This document shows positions 9,838 through 19,326 of a DNA stretch of 64,000 nucleotides, piece after piece (the first letter of the stretch is position 1; each line of letters starts with the position of its first letter). This DNA comes from Candidatus Altimarinota bacterium (lineage in GTDB: Bacteria; Patescibacteriota; Gracilibacteria; UBA4473): NCBI GenBank assembly GCA_020631075.1, contig JAHDHX010000001.1, positions 11,283 to 75,282 on the forward strand. Reading direction: 5' to 3'. The translations under genes and the position numbers were made by a program. The notes under the pieces are model-generated. The model was given only the letters and a program-made list of their open reading frames with translations, had not been told where the DNA came from and searched no databases.

Positions 9838-10845
9838 ATGATGAAACGTTCTGCTGTGAGTATTGTAGCTGCTGTTGCGCTCATGCTCCCGCTCGTAACC
9901 CAAGCGAGTGGATACAACTTTAACAACACGGTCACCCGACCGATGTCTGGGCAAACTATGACTTTTGGTGAATTCGACTTCACCATGCCTGAGTTCAAAA
10001 TCCCTGCTCCAGTGCTCAACATCCAAGAGCCAGTGATCACGGTGCAAGAGCCACGAATTAACTTTACACCACCGAAAGTGAACGTGGCTAAGCCACAAAT
10101 CATTATGGGTGAGCCCAACATTCGTATCGCTCAACCGACCATTCGTTTTAATGAGCCAAACTTTGAAATTCCTGCGCCAGTGATCAACGTGAAGACACCA
10201 AACATCTCGGTACCTGCACCAGCGGTCAACATCAGCGTGCCTGATATCAACGTACAAGCTCCGCCAGTGAACGTAGTGATGCCAGAAATGTTTGTGCCTG
10301 CGCCTGAGATCGTGGTTGACTTCCCACAACTCGAGTTTGATATGCCGGTGATCGACGTGGAAGTGCCACCGATGGACATCCAAGTGCCGAGCATCGACTT
10401 GCAACTTGACCCTATCACGGTGGACGTGCCTGCGCTCGACATCGTCGTGCCAGAGCTTGACTTCACTATGCCTGAGATCCGACCAACGTTCTCTATGTCT
10501 CAGCCAACTATTTCTATGTCTATGACTGAGCCAACCATCAGTATGACTGGTGGCACGGGCATCACGATGAGCGAGCCAACTATTAGCATGACCACTGGTG
10601 GAGCGGCGATCACGACTACTACACCAGCGGTAACTCAAGCGACTACCACAGTCATGCCTGCGTACGGTTACTACTCCGACGTTGACACAGCGGCCACTGG
10701 CGCGGTGACAACCACTACCGCTGACGTGATGACTTCTGACTTTGACGGTGAGTTTTACAACTCCATCCAAGAGCAAGTCATTGCTGAATTTGCTGCCCAA
10801 GGGATCGACATCCCAGAAGAATGGCTTGAAGAATACGGGAACTAG
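9838..10845 (+). CDS. Secreted protein with 23 tandem P-x-Φ-x-Φ-x-x heptad repeats, a Thr-rich linker and an acidic C-terminus; function unknown
   Basis: Signal peptide MMKRSAVSIVAAVALMLPLVTQA; in-register heptads at 9988-10470; followed by its own terminator. Confidence 0.85.
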   Translation: MMKRSAVSIVAAVALMLPLVTQASGYNFNNTVTRPMSGQTMTFGEFDFTMPEFKIPAPVLNIQEPVITVQEPRINFTPPKVNVAKPQIIMGEPNIRIAQPTIRFNEPNFEIPAPVINVKTPNISVPAPAVNISVPDINVQAPPVNVVMPEMFVPAPEIVVDFPQLEFDMPVIDVEVPPMDIQVPSIDLQLDPITVDVPALDIVVPELDFTMPEIRPTFSMSQPTISMSMTEPTISMTGGTGITMSEPTISMTTGGAAITTTTPAVTQATTTVMPAYGYYSDVDTAATGAVTTTTADVMTSDFDGEFYNSIQEQVIAEFAAQGIDIPEEWLEEYGN

Positions 10846-10873
10846 TCTTCCTCGCGTACTTTGCAAAATTCTT

Positions 10874-10905
10874 AAACCCAGAGTCCTCCACTCTGGGTTT
10901 TTTTT
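10874..10905 (+). terminator. Intrinsic terminator after the heptad-repeat gene
   Basis: AAACCCAGAGT-cctcc-ACTCTGGGTTT (11-bp stem) followed by a T run. Confidence 0.85.
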
Positions 10906-10964
10906 ATGCCAAAAGACGCTAGACTAGGAATGAAAATTTTTTTTGATTCTCTCACTTATTTCAC

Positions 10965-12107
10965 ATGGCGGATATGCAAGAATTTGCTCGGCGGGCGTTA
11001 GCGTTTCGGACGCAGCACGGCGGGACGGTGGCGGTGACCCCCAAGGCGGAAGTGAATACGCCCGAAGAGCTGGCAACGCACTATACCCCCGGAATAGGGG
11101 CGGTGGCGCAGACGATTGCCGATGACCCCAGCCAAGCGGCGAAACTGACCATGAAGCGGGACACGGTGGTGGTGGTGTCAGACGGTTCGGCGGTGCTGGG
11201 GCTGGGGAATGTGGGGCCAGCGGCGGCGTTGCCAGTAATGGAAGGAAAAGCGATGCTGTTTCAGGCTTTTGCGGGGATCAATGCGGTGCCGTTGGTGGTG
11301 GACACCAATTCGACTGAGGAGTTTATTACGCTCGTACAGCAGATAGCGCCGACTTTTGGGGGGATTCACTTGGAAGACATTGGGGCACCAGCGTGCTTTG
11401 TGATCGAAGATCGTTTGGCGGAACTGCTGGACGTACCTGTGTTTCATGATGACCAGCATGGTACGGCGATCGTGGTGGTGGCGGCGTTGATCAATGCGTT
11501 GCGAGTGACAGAGCGCTCACCCGAAACGGTGCGGGTGCTGATAAACGGTGCGGGGGCGGCGGGGGTGGCGATCGGGCGATTGCTCCGTACGTGGGGGGTG
11601 ACAGACATTGTGATGCTGGACTCGAAGGGGATCATCACCACGGCGAGGGAAAACCTGCCTGACTATAAGCAAGAGTTTGCTGTGGATGGCCCTGCAGGAG
11701 GACTAGCGGACGCGATGGTGGGGCGTGATATATTCATCGGGGTGTCGAAACCTGGGCTGGTGACGGCGGAAATGATCCAGTCGATGGCGGCTGACCCGAT
11801 TGTCTGTGCCTTGGCGAACCCGATCCCTGAAATATACCCAGAGGAGGCGCTGGCGGCGGGGGCGGCCATTGTCGCGACGGGACGGTCGGACTTCCCGAAC
11901 CAGATCAATAACGCTTTGGTCTTCCCTGGTCTCTTTAGGGGGCTCCTGAAGCACCAAGTGCCGAAGGTGACGCCTGAGATAAAACTGGCGGCGGCCCAGG
12001 CGGTGGCCAGCATGGTGGAGTGTCCGACAGGGACGAACCTGTTGCCAGATATTTTCACCTCAGACGTGCATGAGGTGGTCGCTCAGGCGGTGGGGGAAGC
12101 GGTGTAG
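10965..12107 (+). CDS. NAD(P)-dependent malic enzyme (short, ~380 aa type)
   Basis: YTPGIG, SDGSAVLGLGN, PVMEGKA, LEDI, HDDQHGTA, GAGAAG, ATGRSDFPNQINN. Confidence 0.95.
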   Translation: MADMQEFARRALAFRTQHGGTVAVTPKAEVNTPEELATHYTPGIGAVAQTIADDPSQAAKLTMKRDTVVVVSDGSAVLGLGNVGPAAALPVMEGKAMLFQAFAGINAVPLVVDTNSTEEFITLVQQIAPTFGGIHLEDIGAPACFVIEDRLAELLDVPVFHDDQHGTAIVVVAALINALRVTERSPETVRVLINGAGAAGVAIGRLLRTWGVTDIVMLDSKGIITTARENLPDYKQEFAVDGPAGGLADAMVGRDIFIGVSKPGLVTAEMIQSMAADPIVCALANPIPEIYPEEALAAGAAIVATGRSDFPNQINNALVFPGLFRGLLKHQVPKVTPEIKLAAAQAVASMVECPTGTNLLPDIFTSDVHEVVAQAVGEAV

Positions 12108-12119
12108 GAATCTCTCATC

Positions 12120-12154
12120 AAAAACCCCTCAGTGTTTCTCACTGAGGGGTTTTT
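12120..12154. terminator. Bidirectional intrinsic terminator between convergent genes
   Basis: AAAACCCCTCAGTG-tttct-CACTGAGGGGTTTT with A/T tails on both sides. Confidence 0.88.
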
Positions 12155-12175
12155 CTGGTGGGTGATATTTTCTCT

Positions 12176-12943
12176 TTACTCGGTGTCGGTGTTGTCGTCG
12201 GTTGTCCCGTTGAGGATTTGCATGGCCTCTTGGGCGGCTTTGATGGCGATGCGGTAGGCTTCGCGGGCTTCACGGGTGGCGCGCAGTCCGTTGGTGATGG
12301 CTTCTTTTTTCCCTTCGACTTCAGAGACTTCGGCGAAGAACTCACTGGCGAGGGTGAATTTTTCTTCTGCCATGGTGAGACCTGTTTCGACCTGTGTGAT
12401 GAGGGTGTCTAGGTCAGTGGTGTCACCACTGAAAGCGTCGCGCTGGGTGGTGAGGTGGTCGAGGATGGCGGTTTTGCGGACCTCTAAAGCGGACAAGCGG
12501 GCGCTGAGGTGTCGGCCCCAGGTGTTCGTGATTTCGGCGCGATTTTTTTCGACGTAGGCGCGGGTTTCTTTCACTCGACGGCGAAAATTTTTGTTGTCGG
12601 CGTTCTGCATGGTTTGCAGTTTCTTGGCCAGGCCGTTTTTTCGTTTCTCGAGGGCTTCGCGGTAGCGTTGCTTTCTGGCGGCGGAAATATTGGGACTGTT
12701 TTCGATCAGCTTCATGCTGCGTTCATATCGTTTCTCGAACCGTTGGACGGCGTCTTGTGTCCTTTGGGTGAGGGCGGTGCGTTTGTCAGCGCGTTGCTGC
12801 CAAAATGGCCCGACTTCGCCGTTGGTCATGCGGAAGACTTTTTTGCCTTGGAAGGTGTCAGCGTCTGGGGTTTGGGCTTGGCTTACGCCAGGGGCGATGA
12901 AGAGACCAAGGCCGAGGAGCCCGATGAGGAGGGGTGTTTTCAT
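12176..12943 (-). CDS. Secreted, highly charged helical/coiled-coil protein of unknown function
   Basis: Signal peptide ending SQAQ; K/R/E-rich amphipathic helices. Confidence 0.75.
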   Translation of the reverse strand: MKTPLLIGLLGLGLFIAPGVSQAQTPDADTFQGKKVFRMTNGEVGPFWQQRADKRTALTQRTQDAVQRFEKRYERSMKLIENSPNISAARKQRYREALEKRKNGLAKKLQTMQNADNKNFRRRVKETRAYVEKNRAEITNTWGRHLSARLSALEVRKTAILDHLTTQRDAFSGDTTDLDTLITQVETGLTMAEEKFTLASEFFAEVSEVEGKKEAITNGLRATREAREAYRIAIKAAQEAMQILNGTTDDNTDTE

Positions 12944-13154
12944 GCGTGAGCGGGGAAAGAAAGTAGTTTTTCGCCCTGTATAGTAGGAGGATTAGAGGTG
13001 TCTGTCTGCTGATTTGTTTTGCCAAATTTTCAGACAGTTGGTTTTCGTGTGTTTTTTGGGGAGAGAAATTCCTCGTTCTGTGGTGGAGTATGGTATACTC
13101 TACAGACAACTTGGCTGTCGTTTTTGTTTTTCTGGGAAGTGTCTGCTCACGCTT

Positions 13155-15623
13155 ATGTCGATTGTGTTTTTGGTTCAGCTGGCTCTCACGCTCCTGCTCA
13201 TGCTGGGGGTGGGGTGGTGGTTGCTGACGGCTTATCGCGAGCGCGTTAACTTTCGGCGGAGTTTGGATTTGGTGTTTTTGGAGGTTCGGATACCGAAAAA
13301 GGACTCGAAGGAAGACATGGACCGTGAGCGTGACCAGACGTCGGAAATCCGCAAGGTGGTGGGAGTGGCGGAGCACTTTTTCCAGACTTTACACGGGGTG
13401 TATGACGATAGCTGGTCGGCGAAGATAAAGGGGCAAGATTTTTTATCGTTTGAAATTTTGGCCATTGAGGGAGAAATTCTCTTCATTGTCGGGTGTGGGC
13501 GCACCATGCAGGAGGTGATCAAAAAACAGATTACGAGTTTTTATACCGAGGCGATCATAGAAGAGCGGGAAACACCGCACCTTTTCCACCAAGGGACGCA
13601 CCAGCTGGGTGAAAATCTGGGTCTGGAGAAGTCGTTTCACTATCCGCTGAAGAACTATCAACAGTTTGAGTCGACTGATCCGCTCAACAACATCCTGAAT
13701 ACGCTGAGTGCGGCCTCTGACGAGAATGGCAACGCGGCAGCGGTGCAGATAATGATCCGACCAGTGGCCAATGACTGGCAGGACAGTTTGCGCCAAAAAT
13801 CAAAAGAGTTGGCGGAGGGGAAGGCTTCGTATGCGTGGTGGAACGTAGTGGGGAAAGTGGGTGGTTTGCTGGTCACGCTCGTGAACGGTGAGACGGACAA
13901 GGATGACGCAGGCGGGAACAACAATGACACCAACACGAACTCGCAGGAGGCCAACAAGCAGATGGACGAAAAGGGGGAAAAAGTGGGTTTTGAAACAATG
14001 GTGCGCTTGCTGGTGAGTGCCAGAGAGCCGCACACGGCCAAGTTGCAGCTGCAGTCGTTGGTCAATGCGTTTAGTCAGTACGGGGGGCCGACCATCAATG
14101 GGTTGACGAAGGCGAAGTGGCTACGAAAGCGTAAATTTTTGGAGAATTTTGTCTTGCGGGCATTCAGCTGGGGTACATGGCCGTGGGGGGGGCTGACGCG
14201 AGAGAAATCGATAATGACACCGACAGAGCTGGCGTCTTTGTTTCATTTCCCCCATGTGAAATACAACAACATTCCGGGGATCAAATGGCAGAATTATAAA
14301 ATCGTCCAGACGCCGCCCAATATTCCGAAAGATGGCTTGCTGCTGGGACATAATATCTATCGTGGGGTGAAGACACCGGTGTATATGAAGCGGGAAGATC
14401 GGTTTCGTCACTTCTATGTCATTGGGCAAACAGGGACGGGGAAGTCGTCGATCTTTCAGGCGATGATCCGCCAAGATCTGGCCAATGGAGACGGCTTGTG
14501 TGTGATTGACCCGCATGGCTCGCTGGTGGAAGATTTATTGCCCTTTGTGCCGAAGTCGCGGGTGGATGATGTGGTGATCTTTAACCCAGCGGACCTCGAG
14601 CGGCCGATGGGGCTGAACCTGCTGGAGGCGACGACACCAGAGGAGCAGGACGTGGTGGCGCTCGACGCGATGAACATCATGATCAAGATGTTTAATGAGG
14701 AGGTGTTTGGGCCGCGGATTCAGGATTACTTCCGCAATGGGTGCCTGACGCTGATGGCTGACCCTGAGGGGGGGCGACTGACCGACATTGTCCGTCTTTT
14801 CACGGATGATGACTTCCAAAAGCAGAAGGTGAAGCACGTCACGAACCCGATCGTGAAGAGTTTCTGGGAGAACCAAATGGCGAAAACGGGGGCGCGTGAA
14901 AAAGCAGAAATGATCCCGTACTTCGCGGCGAAGTTTGGGGCGTTCATCACTAACGGGATGATGCGTAACATCATTGGCCAACGGTCGGCCTTTGACATTT
15001 CTGAGTGTATGGACAACCAAAAAATCCTCTTTATGAACCTCTCGAAGGGGGTGACGGGAGAGATTAACTCAAAACTGCTGGGGCTGATTATCGTGTCGAA
15101 GTTGCAGATGGCGGCCCTGCGCCGACAGAAGCAAGGGAAAGGCGCGCGGCAGGATTTCTTTCTGTACATCGATGAGTTTCAGAACTATGTGACGGACTCG
15201 ATTGAGTCGATCTTGTCGGAGGCGCGTAAGTATCGCTTGAGCTTAAACATTGCCCATCAGTACATTGGACAGATCGACCAAGGGAACCAGAAGGGGGGGG
15301 TGAACTTGAAAGACGCGGTGTTTGGGAATGTGGGGACGATGATGTGCTATAAGATCAGTGCGACGGACTCCGAACACATGGCCAAAGAGATGGCGCCGAC
15401 GTTTTCGGATCAAGATTTGGTGAACATTGATAAGTATAAAGCGGTGATGAAGCTGTCGATCGACACGCAGCCGTCGCGGCCGTTTAGCATCATTCCGACG
15501 AACCCGTACCTCGTGCAAGGGAACCCCAAGATGGCGGACGCTCTGAAGCAAATTAGCCGCCTGACCTATGGGCGCAGTAAGAAATTTGTCGAGCGCGAGA
15601 TTTTTACGCGTTTAGATATTTAG
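13155..15623 (+). CDS. Membrane-anchored VirD4/TraG/HerA-like P-loop ATPase (CPR type IV secretion coupling-like protein)
   Basis: N-terminal TM; DRFRHFYVIGQTGTGKS (Walker A), IDPHG, YIDEFQN (Walker B), LSEARKY, HQYIGQ, VFGNVGT. Confidence 0.88.
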   Translation: MSIVFLVQLALTLLLMLGVGWWLLTAYRERVNFRRSLDLVFLEVRIPKKDSKEDMDRERDQTSEIRKVVGVAEHFFQTLHGVYDDSWSAKIKGQDFLSFEILAIEGEILFIVGCGRTMQEVIKKQITSFYTEAIIEERETPHLFHQGTHQLGENLGLEKSFHYPLKNYQQFESTDPLNNILNTLSAASDENGNAAAVQIMIRPVANDWQDSLRQKSKELAEGKASYAWWNVVGKVGGLLVTLVNGETDKDDAGGNNNDTNTNSQEANKQMDEKGEKVGFETMVRLLVSAREPHTAKLQLQSLVNAFSQYGGPTINGLTKAKWLRKRKFLENFVLRAFSWGTWPWGGLTREKSIMTPTELASLFHFPHVKYNNIPGIKWQNYKIVQTPPNIPKDGLLLGHNIYRGVKTPVYMKREDRFRHFYVIGQTGTGKSSIFQAMIRQDLANGDGLCVIDPHGSLVEDLLPFVPKSRVDDVVIFNPADLERPMGLNLLEATTPEEQDVVALDAMNIMIKMFNEEVFGPRIQDYFRNGCLTLMADPEGGRLTDIVRLFTDDDFQKQKVKHVTNPIVKSFWENQMAKTGAREKAEMIPYFAAKFGAFITNGMMRNIIGQRSAFDISECMDNQKILFMNLSKGVTGEINSKLLGLIIVSKLQMAALRRQKQGKGARQDFFLYIDEFQNYVTDSIESILSEARKYRLSLNIAHQYIGQIDQGNQKGGVNLKDAVFGNVGTMMCYKISATDSEHMAKEMAPTFSDQDLVNIDKYKAVMKLSIDTQPSRPFSIIPTNPYLVQGNPKMADALKQISRLTYGRSKKFVEREIFTRLDI

Positions 15624-15664
15624 CGTCTCTGACGCTTAACGGTAAGACTTATTGGTCTTCAGTT

Positions 15665-17152
15665 TTAATAAACAGGATAGGCCTTGGGTGGGGTGACTGG
15701 GGCACTGGGGGTGGCCGCTGGGGCGGGCGGAGCGGCAGGCGCGACAGCCACGGTGGCGGTGCTGGTGGCAGTGACGGTCTTGGTCGGGGTGGTGCGTTTG
15801 GGGCCGATGCGGATTTCAGGAGCCTTGGCGCGGTATTTTGACACGAATGTTTCGGTTTTGACTTCGCCGTTGGCATAGCGGATGGTGCGGTCCATTTCGG
15901 TGTCGTGGCCGATTTTGCCTTCGGACTCGCGCACGCGTTGGCCAGGGGAGAGATTATAGTCGTAGGTGAACTGCGTGTCGGGGATGTCACGGGTGTAGGT
16001 GATGACCGGCTCGGTCATGTCGACGCGGCGGCCGTCTGGGGTGCCGTACATCACGAAGGTAATCTCTTGGCCGTCGAGAGCGTATTGCAGCAGAATGTCA
16101 GCGGGAGTGTCGTTGACAAACTTGAGGTCGATAGAGCCGAGGTAAATAGCGGCGTCGCGCCCTGGTTCGCCGTAATAATCAACGATGTAGCTGTGGGGGT
16201 TGCGTTCGGTGATGGGGAGGCCTGCGGCCAGAGCGGTGCGGTACACGGTGGTGGAGACTTGGCACGTCCCGCCCCCGAGGCGGTCTTCGAGCTTGCCGTG
16301 GAGGATGACTTTTTCGGGAACAAAGCCGTCCTCGGGGTCGACGTCTTCGAGGATGTCATTGAATGAAAATTCGCTGCCCTGTGGGATGAGGGCGCCTTGG
16401 AATTTATTCGACGCGGCGATGATGTTTTTGACGCGGTTTTCGGATGAGCCGTGGAAGGTCGACTGCCCAATGGCGATGACGTCCGTGATGCCCCGCTGGC
16501 GGAGTGAGTCAGGCAGGGTGACTTCTGGGTAGCGGATCCGCCCAGGGGCGCGGACGGGGACAGTGCCACGCGACTGACCGATGAGGCTGGCCAAAGTCGC
16601 ATAGTCAGGGACAAACACGCCTTCTGGCTGGCCACTGAAGGCGAGGATTGCTTCACCAGTGTCGGCGTCTGTGTCTTGGGTGATGGTGACAGCGTTTGGC
16701 TGGGCCTGGGTGCCCGGCAAGGGCTGCTGAGCGAAGTGCTCAACCAGTGGGCCCAGGGCGATGGTTTCGCTGCTGTTGGACTGGATAGGAAGCCACGCGG
16801 TGGTGGGCTCAGTTAGGTCGAGGGTTGGCAGATCGAGCGGAATCTGCAGTTGACCGATTGCGAGCTGGTAGGTTTCTGTTTGGTGGTATTGCAGCGCTGA
16901 CTGAGGGATTTCGATGGTATGGGGTTGGTTTTCTATCCAGATGGTGTGGGAGCTGGATTTTTTTTGGGGTGAATTTTCTGCGTTTGCTTTTTTGTCCTCT
17001 TTGCCTTGTGACTCGGCTGGCTCGATGGTTTCGCTGACGCTGGTGTCGGTGTCTGAAGCGGTGTTGGTGTCTTCTGTCTGGGCGTGGGCCAAGGGAAGGC
17101 TTAGGGTAAGCCCTCCGAGGGTTAGTATGGCGAGGCTCCAGCTGTTTCTCAT
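15665..17152 (-). CDS. VanW family secreted protein with a G5-like C-terminal segment
   Basis: FSFN, GGGTCQVSTTVY, ERNPHSY, PGRDAAIY, DLKFVN; signal peptide. Confidence 0.9.
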   Translation of the reverse strand: MRNSWSLAILTLGGLTLSLPLAHAQTEDTNTASDTDTSVSETIEPAESQGKEDKKANAENSPQKKSSSHTIWIENQPHTIEIPQSALQYHQTETYQLAIGQLQIPLDLPTLDLTEPTTAWLPIQSNSSETIALGPLVEHFAQQPLPGTQAQPNAVTITQDTDADTGEAILAFSGQPEGVFVPDYATLASLIGQSRGTVPVRAPGRIRYPEVTLPDSLRQRGITDVIAIGQSTFHGSSENRVKNIIAASNKFQGALIPQGSEFSFNDILEDVDPEDGFVPEKVILHGKLEDRLGGGTCQVSTTVYRTALAAGLPITERNPHSYIVDYYGEPGRDAAIYLGSIDLKFVNDTPADILLQYALDGQEITFVMYGTPDGRRVDMTEPVITYTRDIPDTQFTYDYNLSPGQRVRESEGKIGHDTEMDRTIRYANGEVKTETFVSKYRAKAPEIRIGPKRTTPTKTVTATSTATVAVAPAAPPAPAATPSAPVTPPKAYPVY

Positions 17153-18585
17153 TCGTCTTTTTCTGACGTGGTGGGGTCGAGTTCGTCACTGTTTTGTGTG
17201 GTTTGTTCTTCGCCCTTGGTGGGCTCCTCCGCCCCGCCTGTGCTAGCGTCGTTGGTGTCTTGGTTCTTTTTCTCTTCCATGAGGGTTTCGTATTGGTCGG
17301 AGTTGAGCAGCTCAAGCGCACGGTCGAGCACTGGGTCGCGCTTGGCTTCGAAGTCTTCGGCGGTGGTCTCAACGATGATGTCTGGGGTGATGCCGACATT
17401 GTGAATAGAGCGACCAGCGGGGGTGAGCCACTCGGCGATGGTGACTTTGATGGCGGCGCCGTCAGAGAGTTCGTGAAATTCTTGAACGGAGCCTTTGCCG
17501 AAGGTGGTTTGCCCGAGGACGAGCCCGCGGTCGTAGTCTTGGAACGCGCCAGCGAGGATCTCAGACGCGGAGGCGGTGCCTTCGTTAACCAGCACAACCA
17601 GCGGGACGTCCAACAGGGCGCCGTCGGTGCCCGTGGAGATGTCACCTGTGTCGTAGAGGTCGCGGCCGCGAGTTTTAACGAGGATTTTGGTTTCAAGGAA
17701 TTCGCGGGCAATTTTGACGCACTCTTCGAGCACGCCACCGCCATTATTGCGCACGTCGAGCACGACGGCCTGGGGGGACTCGAGGACGATTTCGGTCACG
17801 GCGTTACTGAATTCTTTGGCGGTGGCGGAGCCAAATTGTTTCAGCGAGATGACGGCCACGTCGCCCTGCATTTCCCATTCCACGTCTTTGATGTCGATTT
17901 CGTCACGGATGATGGTGATTTCGAGGGGTTTCTTTTCGCCTTCACGGGCGATGGTCAGGGTGACGGGTTCGCCTTTCGGGCCGCGGATCAGCGTAACGGC
18001 TTCATAAATGTCCATCTCAAAAGTTTCTTCTTCGTCGATCATCAGGACGATGTCTTTTGACCGTAGGCCCGCTTTTTCGGCGGGGGAGCCTATCAACGGT
18101 GTGACGATGGTGAGACGATTATCTTTGATTTCTATTTCGGCCCCGATGCCTTGGAATTCGCCCGAGAGTGAGGTTTTGAATTCTTTGGTTTGCTCAGGGG
18201 TGAAGTAGTTGGTGTGGGGGTCATCGAGTGCGCGTACCATGCCGCCGATGGCACCGTGGATTTGGCTGTCTTCGTTGAAATTCTCGGTGTAGAGAAAATT
18301 TTCTTCGAGGTTTGCCCAGGTTTCCCAGAAGAGATCGAGGTCGACATTATTGGGGTTGGTGGGAGTGACGGGGTCGCGATCGATCTTGGCTGCAGATTTA
18401 GTGTTTGTTTGAGGCTCGATGTCTGTGACCTCGATACTGTCAGTGGTAGCAGCGTCAGGGGTGATGACGACCTCTGGGCCGCTTTGGTGACTGACTTTTT
18501 GACTTAGGCTCCATCCGAGGATGAAGGTCATAATCGGGATGAACAGGAAGAGGATGAGGCGAATGTTGCGCTGGTAATGCGACAT
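17149..18585 (-). CDS. ctpA: S41 family carboxy-terminal processing protease (PDZ)
   Basis: LDDPHT, GIGAEI, PDZ (SPAEKAGL), LDVRNNGGG, TASASEI, FGKGSVQ. Confidence 0.93.
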   Translation of the reverse strand: MSHYQRNIRLILFLFIPIMTFILGWSLSQKVSHQSGPEVVITPDAATTDSIEVTDIEPQTNTKSAAKIDRDPVTPTNPNNVDLDLFWETWANLEENFLYTENFNEDSQIHGAIGGMVRALDDPHTNYFTPEQTKEFKTSLSGEFQGIGAEIEIKDNRLTIVTPLIGSPAEKAGLRSKDIVLMIDEEETFEMDIYEAVTLIRGPKGEPVTLTIAREGEKKPLEITIIRDEIDIKDVEWEMQGDVAVISLKQFGSATAKEFSNAVTEIVLESPQAVVLDVRNNGGGVLEECVKIAREFLETKILVKTRGRDLYDTGDISTGTDGALLDVPLVVLVNEGTASASEILAGAFQDYDRGLVLGQTTFGKGSVQEFHELSDGAAIKVTIAEWLTPAGRSIHNVGITPDIIVETTAEDFEAKRDPVLDRALELLNSDQYETLMEEKKNQDTNDASTGGAEEPTKGEEQTTQNSDELDPTTSEKDE

Positions 18586-18749
18586 GGTTTGGGTGTGTAA
18601 GGGTGAGGGAGATGGTTTTCTTGAGTCGTTTTGCAAAGAAAGCAGAGGGAGGGGGCTTTTATACAAATATGTATATGTCAGCTTCACGCAGATAGTATGA
18701 GAAAAACCCTACAGGGCAACCGCCCAGCGGGAAAAAGTGCAAAACTCGT

Positions 18750-18777
18750 TTGACACTGTGGTGGGGCTCACTACGTT
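18750..18777 (+). promoter_or_regulatory. Probable sigma70 promoter of the infA-rpsI operon
   Basis: TTGACA (18750-55), 16-nt spacer, TACGTT (18772-77); same geometry as the promoter before rplP. Confidence 0.55.
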
Positions 18778-18781
18778 GGCT

Positions 18782-18932
18782 GGGCTTTTTTAGGTATGTA
18801 AATCCTAAGAGTTCCCGTTGCTCGGGTGCTGGGCTGTTTTCTAGCCGAGTGATTGCTCAGGTTTTTGCACAGATTTTTCTCTCTGCGTTTTTGCGTCTGG
18901 TGAGGGCTGTGTTGGGCTGAGTGGTTGAGCAA
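18782..18932 (+). promoter_or_regulatory. Structured 5' leader upstream of infA (candidate cis-regulatory RNA)
   Basis: Three consecutive GU-containing hairpins: GGCTTTTTAGG/CCTAAGAGTT, CTCGG/CCGAG, and TTGCTCA...GCACAG...CTGTGT...TGAGCAA. Confidence 0.4.
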
Positions 18933-18949
18933 ATTCTTCAATTATCTGT

Positions 18950-19183
18950 ATGTCTGGAAAAGACGAAAACATCGAAGTCGAAGGCGTGATAGCGGAAACG
19001 CTGCCTGGTTCTCGGTTTCGGGTAAAGATAACAACAGAAGGATTTGAAGGGCACGAGGTACTCTGTACGATGTCTGGCAAAATGCGGATGCACTACATTC
19101 GGATCGTGCCTGGTGATCGTGTAAAAGTCTCAATTTCTCCATATAATTTGGATGAAGGGCGTATTACATACCGCTTTCGTTAA
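18950..19183 (+). CDS. infA: Translation initiation factor IF-1
   Basis: [42 protein letters not shown]. Confidence 0.98.
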   Translation: MSGKDENIEVEGVIAETLPGSRFRVKITTEGFEGHEVLCTMSGKMRMHYIRIVPGDRVKVSISPYNLDEGRITYRFR

Positions 19184-19191
19184 AGATTCCC

Positions 19192-19308
19192 ATGAAAGTT
19201 GGTGCTTCTGCCAAACGTCGTTGTAAACACTGTCAAGTAGTCAGTCGTAAAAACAAAGTTTATGTGATTTGTCCTAAGGACAAGCGTCATAAGCAGCGAC
19301 AAGGTTAA
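19192..19308 (+). CDS. rpmJ: 50S ribosomal protein L36 (too short for the ORF track)
   Basis: Manual translation [38 protein letters not shown]; sits between infA and rpsM. Confidence 0.97.
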   Translation: MKVGASAKRRCKHCQVVSRKNKVYVICPKDKRHKQRQG

Positions 19309-19326
19309 TTTTAAAACTTCCCTTCT

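Noticed and set aside
9988-10470. CRISPR array or DNA tandem repeat
   Set aside because: The 21-nt periodicity comes from the protein heptads; nucleotide units are diverged and there is no repeat-spacer pattern or cas gene.
18780-18940. SRP RNA or tRNA in the infA leader
   Set aside because: No SRP helix-8 GNRA motif with its conserved internal loop, and no cloverleaf or TTCGA T-loop.
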